NCBI GenBank assembly: GCA_031409655.1
Contig: JANNXQ010000071.1
Span: 1-36,578 of the forward strand
Source of the DNA: Chthoniobacteraceae bacterium
Lineage (GTDB): Bacteria; Verrucomicrobiota; Verrucomicrobiia; Chthoniobacterales; Chthoniobacteraceae
DNA: 36,578 bases
Direction: 5' to 3'
A program made the position numbers and the translations under genes. Shown in pieces: positions 36,482 through 36,578 of this stretch. Numbering within the stretch: position 1 is the first letter of the stretch; each line of letters starts with the position of its first letter. Below the pieces are notes generated by a model, which was not told where the DNA came from, ran no database searches, and saw nothing but the letters and a program-made list of their open reading frames with translations.

Positions 36482-36573
36482 GTACTTCAGATCCCCTTCT
36501 CTATGTAACCCTTAGCCGCATTCCGACAACTTCACGCCAAATCATCCATTTTTCCACTTATCTTAGTGCCATT
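35017..36573 (-). mobile_element. IS4-family insertion sequence, about 1.56 kb
   Basis: Terminal inverted repeats aatggcaataagataag (35017-35033) and cttatcttagtgccatt (36557-36573), 16/17. The match extends 3 bp outward, so the ends are uncertain by about 3 nt. A TSD cannot be assessed at the window end. Confidence 0.88.
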
Positions 36574-36578
36574 CGGGA

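Overview
GC-rich bacterial window, most likely Verrucomicrobiota (inferred from PVC-type heme CxxCH proteins, PQQ-like propellers, a DUF1587 remnant and the repeat families). Left to right it holds: a TPR protein translationally coupled to uvrA; a tiny stand-alone HisKA-like protein; an FMN-binding/CxxxCP membrane protein and a secreted FAD oxidoreductase; GrpB-family, rhodanese, GT4, prolyl oligopeptidase, methyltransferase and Dabb genes; a mirror-arranged block of two PQQ-propeller and two PVC heme-c proteins (one frameshifted by a 19-bp duplication) plus a thioredoxin. It ends in an island-like segment (PHP hydrolase, SHC-fold protein, MOSC, chimeric pseudogene) and a complete IS4-family element. 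The most unusual feature is at least four families of inverted-arm repeat elements (7-mer arrays, 8-mer arrays, a REP-like 27-33-mer, a 57-bp-arm palindrome). Several sit in frame inside proteins: two in UvrA, one in a heme protein linker, and one that appears to supply the TPR protein's signal peptide. No rRNA, tRNA or CRISPR array was seen. All family calls come from motif recognition by eye, with no database searches.
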